A stretch of 64,000 bases of DNA from Deltaproteobacteria bacterium (GTDB lineage Bacteria > Bdellovibrionota > FAC87 > UBA2466). Each line of letters begins with the position of its first letter. The stretch's first letter is position 1. Positions 43,429-53,742 of the stretch are shown piece by piece. Made by a program: the position numbers and the translations under genes. Under the pieces are notes generated by a model. That model made no database searches. It worked only from the letters and a program-made list of their open reading frames with translations, and had not been told where the DNA came from. The stretch covers positions 70 to 64,069 of the forward strand of contig JACPWY010000055.1 of assembly GCA_016196825.1 (NCBI GenBank), in the 5' to 3' direction.

Positions 43429-44295
43429 ATGGCAAGACCCGTGAAAATTGGCCTCATCCAGATGGCAAGCAAATTGCCGACAAGCGCTTCGTGCGAAGAG
43501 CACAGAAAGGCTATGACCGAGGCGCATGTCACCTACATCGAAGAGGCGGCCAGAAAGGGCGTGAATATTCTCTGCATGCAGGAGATCTTCACCGGCCCCT
43601 ATTTCTGCCCCTCGCAGGAGACGAAATGGTACGGCCTCACCGAGAAGATCCCCGAAGGCCCCACGACCCAGCTCATGATGGAGCTCGCCAAGAAGCACAA
43701 GATGGTGATCGTGGTCCCGATCTATGAGGAGCACATGACCGGCGTTTACTACAACACGGCCGCCGTCATCGATGCTGATGGAAAGTATCTTGGTAAATAC
43801 AGAAAGAATCATATCCCGCAGGTGAAGGGCTTCTGGGAGAAGTTTTTCTTTAAGCCAGGCAACCTCGGCTACCCGGTTTTCAACACCGCCTTTGGCAAAG
43901 TCGGCGTCTACATCTGCTACGATCGGCATTTTCCTGATGGCGCGCGCTGCCTCGGGCTCAATGGCGCTGAAATCGTTTTCAATCCCTCCGCCACGGTGGC
44001 GGGCTTGTCGGAATACCTTTGGGAGATCGAGCAGCCGGCACATGCCGTTGCCAACGGTTACTTCATCGCCGCTATCAACCGCATCGGCCGCGAAGAGCCG
44101 TGGAACATCGGCGATTTCTACGGCCAAAGCTACGTGGCCAGTCCGCGGGGAAAAATTCTTAAGAAAGCCTCGCGCGACAAGGACGAGCTCCTCATCGCCG
44201 ACATCGATCTCGATGAGGTGAAGGAAATTCGAGACCTCTGGCAGTTTTATCGGGACAGGCGACCCGAGACCTATGGCGCCATCACGGAAATTTAA
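43429..44295 (+). CDS. beta-ureidopropionase (N-carbamoyl-beta-alanine amidohydrolase), nitrilase superfamily
   Basis: CN-hydrolase triad context: CMQEIF (Glu), YRKNHIP (Lys), VYICYDRHFP (Cys). It sits between dihydropyrimidinase and the transaminase. Confidence 0.85.
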   Translation: MARPVKIGLIQMASKLPTSASCEEHRKAMTEAHVTYIEEAARKGVNILCMQEIFTGPYFCPSQETKWYGLTEKIPEGPTTQLMMELAKKHKMVIVVPIYEEHMTGVYYNTAAVIDADGKYLGKYRKNHIPQVKGFWEKFFFKPGNLGYPVFNTAFGKVGVYICYDRHFPDGARCLGLNGAEIVFNPSATVAGLSEYLWEIEQPAHAVANGYFIAAINRIGREEPWNIGDFYGQSYVASPRGKILKKASRDKDELLIADIDLDEVKEIRDLWQFYRDRRPETYGAITEI

Positions 44296-44305
44296 GGGGA
44301 AAGAC

Positions 44306-45613
44306 ATGATGACCACGGACCAGATAGGTGAAATCAGAAAGAAGCATTTTCTGCACACGACGGTGCACTACTACAAAAAGCCCCTGCAGCTCGTAAAAGC
44401 GAAGAACCAGTATGTCTTCGACGAAACGGGGCGACAGTATTTGGATTGCGTCGGCGGCATCGTCTGCATCTCGGCGGGCCACAACCACCCTCGCATCAAG
44501 GCCCAGCTCAAGAAGATGCTCGACGAGGATGAGATCCAGCACACCTCAACGCTTTATTTTAATCCGCACGCGGCCGAGCTGGCGGCTCGTCTCATCGAAG
44601 AGGCCCCACCGGGAGTGGATCGCGCCTTTTTCACCAACTCCGGCAGCGAGGCCAATGAGCTCGCGTTTCTCGCCGCCCGTCAGGCCACAGGCGAGACGAT
44701 GATCGTGAACCTGCGCCACAGCTACCACGGCTGCACATCCGGCGCTCTTTCTTCTTGCGGCCACAACACGTGGCGATTCCGGAGCCAACCCGTGACGGCC
44801 GTCACCTCCGCGATGGAGCCGTATTGCTATCGGTGTCCATTTGGAAAAGCTCCAAGCTCATGTGAGTTGGAATGCGCGAAAAACGTCGAGACAACGATTC
44901 AGACCACGACCCACGGGAAAATAGCGGCGTTTATCGCCGAGCCCGTGATGGGCGTGGGCGGATTCATCACGCCTCCAGCTGACTACTTTCCCGAGGTCAC
45001 CAAGATCGTCCACAAGTATGGCGGCAAATACATTAGTGACGAAGTCCAGACAGGCGCCGGCCGGGCCGGGCAGACCGTGCTGCTCACCAAGGATCTTGAG
45101 ATCGATGCCGACATGGTGACGATGGCCAAGGGGCTTGGCAACGGCGCCCCCATCGGAGCCACCCTCATGAAGAGTGACATCGCTGAAGCGATGTCGGGCA
45201 AGATGATGTTCAATACCTTCGGCAGCGACCCCTACCAAGCCGCACAGGCCAAGCTCGTGCTCGACATCATCCACGATGAACACCTCATCGAGAACGCCCA
45301 GACCGTCGGAAAATACCTGATGGACAGCCTCAAGGGGCTCATGAAGACGCACCCGCTCATCGGCGATGTCCGAGGCCGCGGCCTCCTTCTGGGTGCCGAG
45401 CTGGTAAAAGATCGCACGACTAAGGAATACGCCACCGCCGAGACGTCCGAGCTGATGGAGCGTTGCCGGGACAAGGGGGTGCTCATCGGAAAGGGTGGCC
45501 TGTTCGGCAACGTCATCCGCTTTGCGCCCCCACTCACCTTCACCCGAGCCAACGCCGACGAGCTCCTGAAGGCTATAGACGAGGGACTCTTCGAAATCGA
45601 GAGGAAGCAATGA
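44306..45613 (+). CDS. class-III (AGXT2-like) aminotransferase, probable beta-alanine/beta-aminoisobutyrate:pyruvate transaminase
   Basis: Trimmed to ATG 44306 (AAGGGGAAAG upstream). YLDCVGGIVCISAGHNHPRI, FTNSGSEANE, ISDEVQTGAGRAG, and MVTMAKGLGNG (PLP Lys). Confidence 0.85.
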   Translation: MMTTDQIGEIRKKHFLHTTVHYYKKPLQLVKAKNQYVFDETGRQYLDCVGGIVCISAGHNHPRIKAQLKKMLDEDEIQHTSTLYFNPHAAELAARLIEEAPPGVDRAFFTNSGSEANELAFLAARQATGETMIVNLRHSYHGCTSGALSSCGHNTWRFRSQPVTAVTSAMEPYCYRCPFGKAPSSCELECAKNVETTIQTTTHGKIAAFIAEPVMGVGGFITPPADYFPEVTKIVHKYGGKYISDEVQTGAGRAGQTVLLTKDLEIDADMVTMAKGLGNGAPIGATLMKSDIAEAMSGKMMFNTFGSDPYQAAQAKLVLDIIHDEHLIENAQTVGKYLMDSLKGLMKTHPLIGDVRGRGLLLGAELVKDRTTKEYATAETSELMERCRDKGVLIGKGGLFGNVIRFAPPLTFTRANADELLKAIDEGLFEIERKQ

Positions 45614-46887
45614 GTCTCAAGACGGAATTCCTCGGCTTTGAACTCGAGAATCCGTGGTGCCTCGCCTCAGCTCCGCCGACTGCCACAGGAAAGCTCATGA
45701 GCGATGCTTTTGAAGTGGGCTGGGGAGCGGCCATTATGAAGACCGTGGGCCCGGTGGAAGAGCCCATCATTAACGTCGCTCCCCGCATCCACACCTATAA
45801 AAAGTGGAACCGTGAAATTGCGATGCAAAACATCGAGCTCATCACCGATCGCAAGCTCTCGGTCTGGCTCGAAGAGCTCAAAGTCCTTAAGAAGCGATAC
45901 CCCAAGAAGATGGTCATCGGCTCGATCATGGCCCCCGGCCATGAAATGGACGCCTGGGCCCGCCTCATCGAGGAGATGAACCGGGTCGGCTGCGACGCCA
46001 TCGAGCTCAACCTCGGCTGTCCCCACGGCATGCCCGAAAGAGACATGGGTGCTATCTGCTCCCAGGACCCTGAGATCGTCTACAACATCGTCTCCACCTG
46101 CAAGGGTGCAAGCAAGGTTCCCATCCTCACCAAGCTCACGCCGAACGTGACTAATATTAAAGTCATGGCCGCCGCCGCCAAACGCGGTGGCACCGATGCG
46201 ATCACGGTCATCAATACGGTGAACGGCATCATCGGCGTGGACGTCTACTCGCGAAAACCCCACCTTTCGGTGAACGGCTATACCGCTGTCGGCGGCATCT
46301 CAGGTAACGCCGTAAAGCCCATTGGCTTGAAATGCGTCGCCGAGTGCAAGCAGGCGACAGAGCTTCCGATCTCCGCCACCGGCGGCATCACCACATGGTC
46401 CGACGGAGTCGAATACCTCATCATGGGTGCAAGCCAACTCCAGCTCTGCACGGAGGTGATGATCCGCGGCTTTAAGATCATCTCTGGGCTCAATCAAGGC
46501 ATTGAAAAGTACATGACCGAGATGGGTTACACGTCGATAGATGAGGTCAAAGGGACGCTCTATAAAAATATCACGTCATTTGATTACCTTCTCAAACAAA
46601 GCCACTCCGAAAAGGTTCGCGTTAACGAAGAGACCTGCACCGGCTGCAACATCTGCGTCGTCGCCTGCCGCGACGCCGGCTACGACGCCCTCAAGCTGAA
46701 AGGCGTCCCCGCCCACGATCGCACCAAAGGAACTCGCAATGTGGCCGACGTCATCGTAGATCACTGCACGGGCTGCAACCTCTGCGTCGCCGTCTGCCCA
46801 GTGCCAGAATGCATGAGCCTCTACGACTCCCATGAACAATTCCCTTACGACCTCCACACCAGCTACGCACAGAATACGTTAACGTAA
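45610..46887 (+). CDS. preA: dihydropyrimidine dehydrogenase catalytic subunit (PreA-like: DHOD-type barrel plus 2x[4Fe-4S] ferredoxin domain)
   Basis: Trimmed to ATG 45610 (ATGA overlap with the transaminase stop). MSLKTEFLGFELENPWCLASAPP, IELNLGCPHGM. C-terminal CTGCNICVVACRD and CTGCNLCVAVCP clusters. Confidence 0.85.
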   Translation: MSLKTEFLGFELENPWCLASAPPTATGKLMSDAFEVGWGAAIMKTVGPVEEPIINVAPRIHTYKKWNREIAMQNIELITDRKLSVWLEELKVLKKRYPKKMVIGSIMAPGHEMDAWARLIEEMNRVGCDAIELNLGCPHGMPERDMGAICSQDPEIVYNIVSTCKGASKVPILTKLTPNVTNIKVMAAAAKRGGTDAITVINTVNGIIGVDVYSRKPHLSVNGYTAVGGISGNAVKPIGLKCVAECKQATELPISATGGITTWSDGVEYLIMGASQLQLCTEVMIRGFKIISGLNQGIEKYMTEMGYTSIDEVKGTLYKNITSFDYLLKQSHSEKVRVNEETCTGCNICVVACRDAGYDALKLKGVPAHDRTKGTRNVADVIVDHCTGCNLCVAVCPVPECMSLYDSHEQFPYDLHTSYAQNTLT

Positions 46888-46937
46888 GGGGCCAGTCGCC
46901 TTCCAATATTGAAAGGTGCCGGGTCCTAGAAATGACC

Positions 46938-47297
46938 TTAATAGGGAACGCGAATATCCGGCCATTTCCGGGAGAAGTCCTTCGTATTCCGAGTGACCAA
47001 CACATACCCGAGGCGCTCCGCAGTGGCTTTGATGATTGCGTCGGGAATTCTCATCTTAAACTTCCTACGAACTCGGACAGTTTCCTTCGCCATTTCACCA
47101 TCAATCGCGTGAGTCTTGAAACGGCTTAGAAACCCGGCAAGCTCGATCTCCTCACGACCACTTCGAGCCCCGACCAAAATTTCGATTTGTGTGATGATAC
47201 TAATGTGCAGTTCATCGTAGCGCTCAAACTCCTCCTTCGAACGCCGGTCGCCGTTCAGGTAGTCAATCAAGATATTGGTGTCAAAAACGGCGTTCAC
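46938..47297 (-). CDS. vapC: PIN-domain toxin VapC
   Basis: MNAVFDTNILIDYL...ISIITQIEILVGA...DAIIKATAERLGYVLVTRNTKDF shows canonical PIN acidic residues. 4-nt overlap with the upstream antitoxin. Confidence 0.85.
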   Translation of the reverse strand: MNAVFDTNILIDYLNGDRRSKEEFERYDELHISIITQIEILVGARSGREEIELAGFLSRFKTHAIDGEMAKETVRVRRKFKMRIPDAIIKATAERLGYVLVTRNTKDFSRKWPDIRVPY

Positions 47298-47521
47298 TTT
47301 TTTTCCCAGTCCTTCCTCAGTTTCTTTTCATAAGCCAGGGAGTCCACACCCCGTCCCTTCCACAAACCGAACGAGGCGTCCTTCGGCAAGCAATGGGGGG
47401 ACTCCGCGAGAAACAGGGTGATAGCCCTTCGAATGGCCTCAGCCCGCGAAATGGACTCTTTCGCGCAAATCTCAGCGAGCTGCTTGATTATCTTCTCCGG
47501 AATGTCGATGAGAGTCTTCAT
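47294..47521 (-). CDS. vapB: ribbon-helix-helix (CopG/VapB-type) antitoxin
   Basis: MKTLIDIPEKIIKQLAEICAKESISRAEAIRRAITLFL has an RHH pattern. Confidence 0.8.
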   Translation of the reverse strand: MKTLIDIPEKIIKQLAEICAKESISRAEAIRRAITLFLAESPHCLPKDASFGLWKGRGVDSLAYEKKLRKDWEKK

Positions 47522-47615
47522 TCATATAGTATATCTATATATAATATGCTTTTCAAGCTGGATGGAGTTTTCAGCAGTAGGCGTAATTGCCGAAATTGTC
47601 CTATAGAATAATCAC

Positions 47616-49055
<1,440 letters not shown>

Positions 49056-49061
<6 letters not shown>

Positions 49062-49865
49062 ACGCTGCCGGCGAGTGTGGGTCAAACACCCGACCTGCAC
49101 GATCATGCTCGCACTAAAGAAAAACACATTGCACATGGCCGCTCCAAACGCATGGATGGCGCTAGTCAGTCCGAGTGCCGCTAGGAAAAACACCCGCCTG
49201 TGGCGTGGCCAAAACCACCAGGCGACTAGCACAGCGCCAAGCGCCGCCTCCCCAATCACCCCCATCCACGCCAAGATCGCGTTGTGCGAAAGCGCCGCTA
49301 TCCACTGACGGTACAGGTCCGGAAACCACCAGTCCCGCGCGGTGGCCAGATAATTCTGTCGCACGTACAGATCCCCCCCACTCAAAAACTCAGTGTTCAC
49401 CTTCATCAGCGCCGTCGACAGATAAATCCAAGCCGTCTCGATCACAAACACGTCACGTGGCCAGATCCTGACCGCCTTCCCACGGTCCGCATTGGAGCAC
49501 TCACTCTGCGCCAGCAGAAAAACACTCACACAGTAGTAAAGAAAATCATTCAGCGGAAAAATATACGCCTCAAGCCCCCGCGCCAGCAGCGCCCCCACCG
49601 CAAACCACCGCGCCCGCCACCCAATCAGCAAACCCACTTCGCAAAATATCACCCCCAATTGCGATAACTGGATCGCCCGGTGAAAAGTCTGGTCCGGCAC
49701 CAGCCACAAAACACCCTGCGTCCCGCCGTAAAAGAGATCCATCAGATCATAAGTCAGCCACACGAGCGCAAAACCAATTCGCAAAGCAATGTAGGGATTG
49801 TGGTCCGTGGTCTCCCCCACCCAGCGACGCCACCGTTCAACCACAGGGCACCTCCTCCTCGGCAT
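49056..49865 (-). CDS. HTTM-like multi-pass membrane protein (tentative)
   Basis: 269 aa, Trp/Arg-rich, with ~6 helices. The N-terminal ..NPYIALRIGFALVWLTYDL.. resembles the HTTM opening helix (..laa.RI.fG......d.). Its 3' end overlaps the convergent NCS1 gene by 6 nt. Confidence 0.45.
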
Positions 49866-50238
49866 GGGTGCCGTCTGGCGAGAAGCAATGGAATTTCACC
49901 CGGTGCCGCGCCTCCGGCGAACTCCTCAATCGACACACCAGCTGCCCCACCGCGTGGTAGTCGCGGGCGGTGTCATAGATGATGTCCCACTCAAGAGACG
50001 TGCCGAATCGCCGAAGCGAAGAAAACTCCCCAAGCTCGGTCGCAACCGGCGGATCCCAGCTCAACTGGCAGCGCTCCACCCGAGTGGCGAACATGTCCCA
50101 CGAAAAGGCCACCCGTCCAGGCGGCGCGCCGAAGAGCCGAAAGCCCCTCTCAAACTGCAGGCGGGTGGAGTTCAACTGGAGCACCACAAGCCCCCCCACG
50201 AGCACCGCCACATACACTGGAGACGCCAAGAATTTCAT
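49837..50238 (-). CDS. signal-anchored hypothetical protein
   Basis: Trimmed to ATG 50238, which places the start just outside the inverted repeat. MKFLASPVYVAVLVGGLVVL anchor, then ..FSWDMFATRVERCQLSWD... Overlaps the downstream HTTM-like gene by 29 nt. Confidence 0.45.
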   Translation of the reverse strand: MKFLASPVYVAVLVGGLVVLQLNSTRLQFERGFRLFGAPPGRVAFSWDMFATRVERCQLSWDPPVATELGEFSSLRRFGTSLEWDIIYDTARDYHAVGQLVCRLRSSPEARHRVKFHCFSPDGTHAEEEVPCG

Positions 50239-50245
50239 TGATTTA

Positions 50246-50377
50246 AGAGCGCATTGCAAAATTAACCCCTACTCGGTCGGATAAAATGGCCAGGCCCTTC
50301 GTCCTCCGCGTTCGCGTCCTCGGTCCTGGCCATTTTATCCCTCCCTCGCTCACGGGGTTAATTTTGCAATGCGCTCT
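50246..50377. repeat. 132-bp nested perfect inverted repeat (24-bp outer arms, 16-bp inner arms)
   Basis: Outer arms AGAGCGCATTGCAAAATTAACCCC (50246-50269) and GGGGTTAATTTTGCAATGCGCTCT (50354-50377). Inner arms GGATAAAATGGCCAGG (50279-50294) and CCTGGCCATTTTATCC (50325-50340). Both pairs are exact reverse complements. The element lies in the 197-bp divergent intergenic region. Confidence 0.9.
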
Positions 50378-50435
50378 AAATTATATACCGAGTCAGCCTT
50401 GAAAGTCCGTTCACCCGTTTGCTATAGCCTCATGC

Positions 50436-50879
50436 ATGAAAACCACCCTCATCGTCACAGGCCTTCTCTTCCTTTCGCCCACACTCTTCGCCACCGAGGA
50501 TAAAATCCTCGGTCCCATCGAGGCTATCGAAAGAACGGTGGTCGTCGATCCCAAGAAGTGTCTTGAAAACCTCAAGATGACCGTAGAGGTCGGGGGCGGC
50601 GGCGGGTGGGGCTACGCAATCCAGGTGGGTCAGTGCGAGATCACTTTCGAAGACGCCGACCGCATTCTTCAATCCGACAAGATCGAAAAGCCATTTCCAA
50701 GCGCTGGCCCTATCGGAACCCAAGTTTCTCTCGGTGTCGATGGCAAGAGCTATCACATCAGTGTGAGATTCCGGAACGAAGGCTTCAAGGATAAGACCGA
50801 CACGGCCAGAGGTCTCATTCTCAACTCCGTCCCCCGACAGACTTTTCTCGTGAATGCGATTCGCGTTATCGCGCAATGA
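50436..50879 (+). CDS. secreted hypothetical protein
   Basis: Signal peptide MKTTLIVTGLLFLSPTLFA. 147 aa. I recognise no family. Confidence 0.6.
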   Translation: MKTTLIVTGLLFLSPTLFATEDKILGPIEAIERTVVVDPKKCLENLKMTVEVGGGGGWGYAIQVGQCEITFEDADRILQSDKIEKPFPSAGPIGTQVSLGVDGKSYHISVRFRNEGFKDKTDTARGLILNSVPRQTFLVNAIRVIAQ

Positions 50880-50892
50880 CGCCGATGGTGGG

Positions 50893-51222
50893 CTACAGCA
50901 GGCGAATTTGTTTATTGATGCGCTCTACGTCAGACTCAACACGCTCTTGGCGGGAGATAACAGCTGCGAGGCCGTCGAGAACGATACGATTCTCGTTGCG
51001 CTGCTCCTCCATAAGAGAGGCCACACGATGAATTTCACCGGTGAGGCCCTCAATTTTGGATTCTATCCCCGCAAATCGAGCGTCCATCCTTTTGCCGAGA
51101 GATCGAATGTCCGCTTTGAGCTCACTTCGGATCTCTTTGACCAGCCCAACCGATGCTGGGGCGGAAGAACGAGTGATGTGTCTCTTTTCCATCAGGCATT
51201 GATAGCCACGAACGTGAGCCAA
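50893..51222 (-). CDS. hypothetical coiled-coil protein
   Basis: 109-aa ORF with heptad-like ELKADIRSLGKRMDARFAGIESKIEGLTGEIHRVASLMEEQ. The true start may be the internal MEKRH. Confidence 0.4.
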   Translation of the reverse strand: MAHVRGYQCLMEKRHITRSSAPASVGLVKEIRSELKADIRSLGKRMDARFAGIESKIEGLTGEIHRVASLMEEQRNENRIVLDGLAAVISRQERVESDVERINKQIRLL

Positions 51223-51402
51223 ATCAAAGGGAAATGCGTCATGAAATATGGGTCCCGATTGTGGACTCGCAAGTGGGAATTCCGGACCGCAAGTAAACTT
51301 ATCAATTCCGCAAGCGGTAGGAACCGGTCAGCCGCGACAGCCAGCCGGCACGCGCGCTTTCAAGAAATGAATGATTAAAGAGCAACTCAGGCTCTCCCAA
51401 AA

Positions 51403-52521
51403 TCAGCGAAAATCCTGCACCTGGACTCGAGACAAGAAAATCGGATCCGCGATGAAACGGTTGTAGCGCTCCAAGGATTGCATCGATGTATCCAGGGCAA
51501 AGTTATTGTCAGGGCCGCCATTCTCCGAATGGAAGTGGTAGTAGTTGATCGCCTTTATCTGTGGGTACCTTCCACCGATAAACGCCCGCAACGCCCCTTC
51601 GATCCAGTCGGCCTTGCCATCCGGCACATGAGGCTTTTCGATTACGCCCCACTCCGACAGGATCACCGGCCGCGTAGCTGAAACAGCCGTGAGCTCGGCC
51701 CACCTGGCATCGAGCGTCTCGGTGAAGGGCCCCCACCAATCCCCCTGCAATTGAGCGCCATACACCGTGATGCCGAGCCAATCGATGTAGTCATCGCCCG
51801 GGTAATAAAACTTCAGATTATTCCATGGCATTTCCGGAATCGGCTGGGAATCGCCATGAAACACCCAAGTGATGTTGTGGGCGTGCTCCTGGCGAAACAA
51901 CGCAACGATCCTTTGAAACGTGAGCTTGAATCGTGTGGGCCCGGTCGGAACCGTCTGTCCCGCCCAGATCATCGGCGTCTCGCCGCCATTGGAATCGCCG
52001 CTCCATTGAAACCATTTCCCATTACACTCGGGGCCAAATTCCACCATCAGAGCCGCGTTCGTCGCCTTCGCGTCCCGCGCCCACTGCCGAATCTCCCCGT
52101 CGAAATCGCCCTTCACAAACCGCTCGAGTGAAAACACGGGATCCGTGCCAGTGAACACCTTCCTCGTGCTCCTCGGCAGCATACGAATGAGCGGCGTCTT
52201 CCCCTTTATGAGAATCTCCCGGATGGGGGCATCCGGAAATCTGAACCCATCCACGAAATCATTATCAAAGGAAACGAAAGCAAGCGGCCTCTTCAGCATC
52301 CCCTCGATCTGATCGATCTTTTCTCCCACCCCCTCGAAGACCCCATCGGCGATGTCCGGATAGACTCCGTGATAGATGCCATTCGGCGAGGGGACGACCT
52401 TCACGCCCGAACTCACAACCGAAAGCATCGGCTGCGCCACCAACCCCGGAGGTTGCGCAGCGCAACACGAAAGGCTCAAAACACCACAAACCCACACCAA
52501 TCGGAGCCAAAATGACCTCAT
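51403..52521 (-). CDS. GH26-like glycoside hydrolase lipoprotein (beta-mannanase/endoglucanase family)
   Basis: Trimmed to ATG 52521. Signal peptide plus lipobox MRSFWLRLVWVCGVLSLSCC. Acid/base context FGPECNGKWFQWSG (compare GH26 hEmNG.WFWWG). Nucleophile context PVILSEWGV. Confidence 0.7.
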   Translation of the reverse strand: MRSFWLRLVWVCGVLSLSCCAAQPPGLVAQPMLSVVSSGVKVVPSPNGIYHGVYPDIADGVFEGVGEKIDQIEGMLKRPLAFVSFDNDFVDGFRFPDAPIREILIKGKTPLIRMLPRSTRKVFTGTDPVFSLERFVKGDFDGEIRQWARDAKATNAALMVEFGPECNGKWFQWSGDSNGGETPMIWAGQTVPTGPTRFKLTFQRIVALFRQEHAHNITWVFHGDSQPIPEMPWNNLKFYYPGDDYIDWLGITVYGAQLQGDWWGPFTETLDARWAELTAVSATRPVILSEWGVIEKPHVPDGKADWIEGALRAFIGGRYPQIKAINYYHFHSENGGPDNNFALDTSMQSLERYNRFIADPIFLSRVQVQDFR

Positions 52522-52577
52522 GACCGCCACTCCCCACGGAATTTGCAATTCGCGTGCCTCCGCGCAGACTCAAACCC

Positions 52578-52924
52578 ATGAGCAAAGCATCGGTGACATT
52601 TACATCTGCTAAACCACCGCTCTCTTTGACTTTACGACGACAACCACCTCGGCCATCACAGTCACGGGAACCTCGCGCGCGAACCGAGTCTTAAGCAGCG
52701 GCACGCTTCACGTAGTGAATAACCTCGCGAGCAGCTCCTGCGATTTTTCCGCAACCGACGTGACCTGGGCGTCCACCTGCAACTGTCCCGTCTCTGGAAG
52801 CTGGACCGGCACGTGCTCCGACGGCAAGACCGCCACAGTCACGATCGTCAGCTGTGGGTACGGCACCATCGACATCGGCTCAGACACTCAAGGCCTGACG
52901 TTCGATCGTTGCTACAGCCTGTAA
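52578..52924 (+). pseudogene. possible frameshifted small Cys-rich ORF
   Basis: ATG 52578 opens MSKASVTFTSAK, which continues sensibly only after a 1-nt shift at GCTAAACC (52608-52615) into the frame of track ORF 52715-52924: ..TTALFDFTTTTTSAITVTG...CDFSATDVTWASTCNCPVSGSWTGTCSDGK..CGYG..DRCYSL. That open frame runs from 52613 and has no canonical start before GTG 52715. Confidence 0.25.
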
Positions 52925-52930
52925 CCGCTA

Positions 52931-53311
52931 TCAATTCGAAACCGGCTGCAGGGCCTTGGGCTGGAGCCAGCCCGTGACAGCAGTGCCGTCGGGTTTTTGA
53001 AGATTGATCCAGCCGCTCTGCTTCTTCGCAACGACGTAGATTTCTCCCTTTTTCACTTGTCCCACCACTTGGCTGCCCACCAAGAGATCGGTGTCTTCCA
53101 CGATTGAAACCTGATCACCAACCTTGAAGGTGAATTGAATCGTGTAATAGTTGCCCAGCGAATAGCTGGCCGTCTTTTCTCTGAGACTGCGTTTCACGAT
53201 GAGTCCGACGTAGGCCTTGGTGCCGAGCTTTAGGTAATCGACATTGATTCCCAGTTTTCCCATCTGAATTTGCACGCCCTCTTTGCCGGCGACCAGGGCT
53301 TCGGGGGGCAC
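52931..53311 (-). CDS. SH3-like domain protein, start uncertain (possibly 5'-truncated)
   Basis: The C-terminus GEIYVVAKKQSGWINLQKPDGTAVTGWLQ looks like a bacterial SH3. The frame stays open and protein-like upstream to 53443 (..IETTTVTIDDASHVSDVLSTSVALKYFTQEAGAYKVHYDAAV..). It has no ATG/GTG/TTG and no SD before GTG 53311. Confidence 0.35.
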   Translation of the reverse strand: MPPEALVAGKEGVQIQMGKLGINVDYLKLGTKAYVGLIVKRSLREKTASYSLGNYYTIQFTFKVGDQVSIVEDTDLLVGSQVVGQVKKGEIYVVAKKQSGWINLQKPDGTAVTGWLQPKALQPVSN

Positions 53312-53577
53312 AGCCGCGTCGTAATGGACCTTGTAAGCGCCAGCCTCCTGCGTAAAGTATTTGAGGGCGACCGAAGTCGAAAGAACATCGGAGACGTGGG
53401 AGGCGTCATCGATCGTAACAGTGGTAGTTTCAATCTCAGACCTTCAGAGCTGCAAGAGGTGCGCCAACCGTTTCGCGCAAGAACGTCGCGTCAACCTCAC
53501 GAACTCTGGTTCCCCTTTGACACCACTTCACGCCACGCCAGTAGATCTTACCCTGCGCCGCGTGCTAAAATTCAGCT

Positions 53578-53742
53578 GTGCAATCAGCGCTTGCAAAAAA
53601 GTGTCGTCAGGATCTTATCGAACTGTGCAGAAAAATGTCGCCCGCCGAACGACTTGAGGCGTTTCTCAATCAGTCTAAGACCCTAGCGGAGATTGCCTTG
53701 CAGGGTGAGACCGATCGAAATCGGAAAGCGAACAAACGATGA
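53578..53742 (+). CDS. small ORF (54 aa from GTG 53578, or 35 aa from ATG 53635) coupled to the nucleotidyltransferase gene
   Basis: Not in the track (<60 aa). ..KKCRQDLIELCRKMSPAERLEAFLNQSKTLAEIALQGETDRNRKANKR. Its stop overlaps the next start (ATGA at 53739). No SD is visible. Confidence 0.3.
   Translation: MQSALAKKCRQDLIELCRKMSPAERLEAFLNQSKTLAEIALQGETDRNRKANKR

Noticed and set aside
43294-44358. 354-aa minus-strand ORF antisense to beta-ureidopropionase. The same situation applies at 3939-4871 (S8 paralog 2), 55513-56622 (KMO), 60063-61049 (ALDH), 42677-43435 and 44858-45610
   Set aside because: Each is fully nested opposite a gene with strong family motifs. None has an SD or recognisable domains.
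45463-45609. N-terminal extension of the preA track ORF. Similar extensions occur at 40522-40590 (mmsA), 44273-44305 (transaminase), 10851-10934 (rel) and 58970-59011 (ACMSD)
   Set aside because: These extensions overlap the preceding gene or lack an SD. Downstream starts have an SD or classic ATGA/GTGA coupling and restore family-typical N-termini.
47522-47615. AT-rich TA-alternating tract (TATAGTATATCTATATATAATATGC) between vapB and the NCS1 permease, as a palindromic operator or riboswitch
   Set aside because: The palindrome is imperfect on inspection and I recognise no conserved riboswitch core. It is most likely ordinary divergent promoter DNA.
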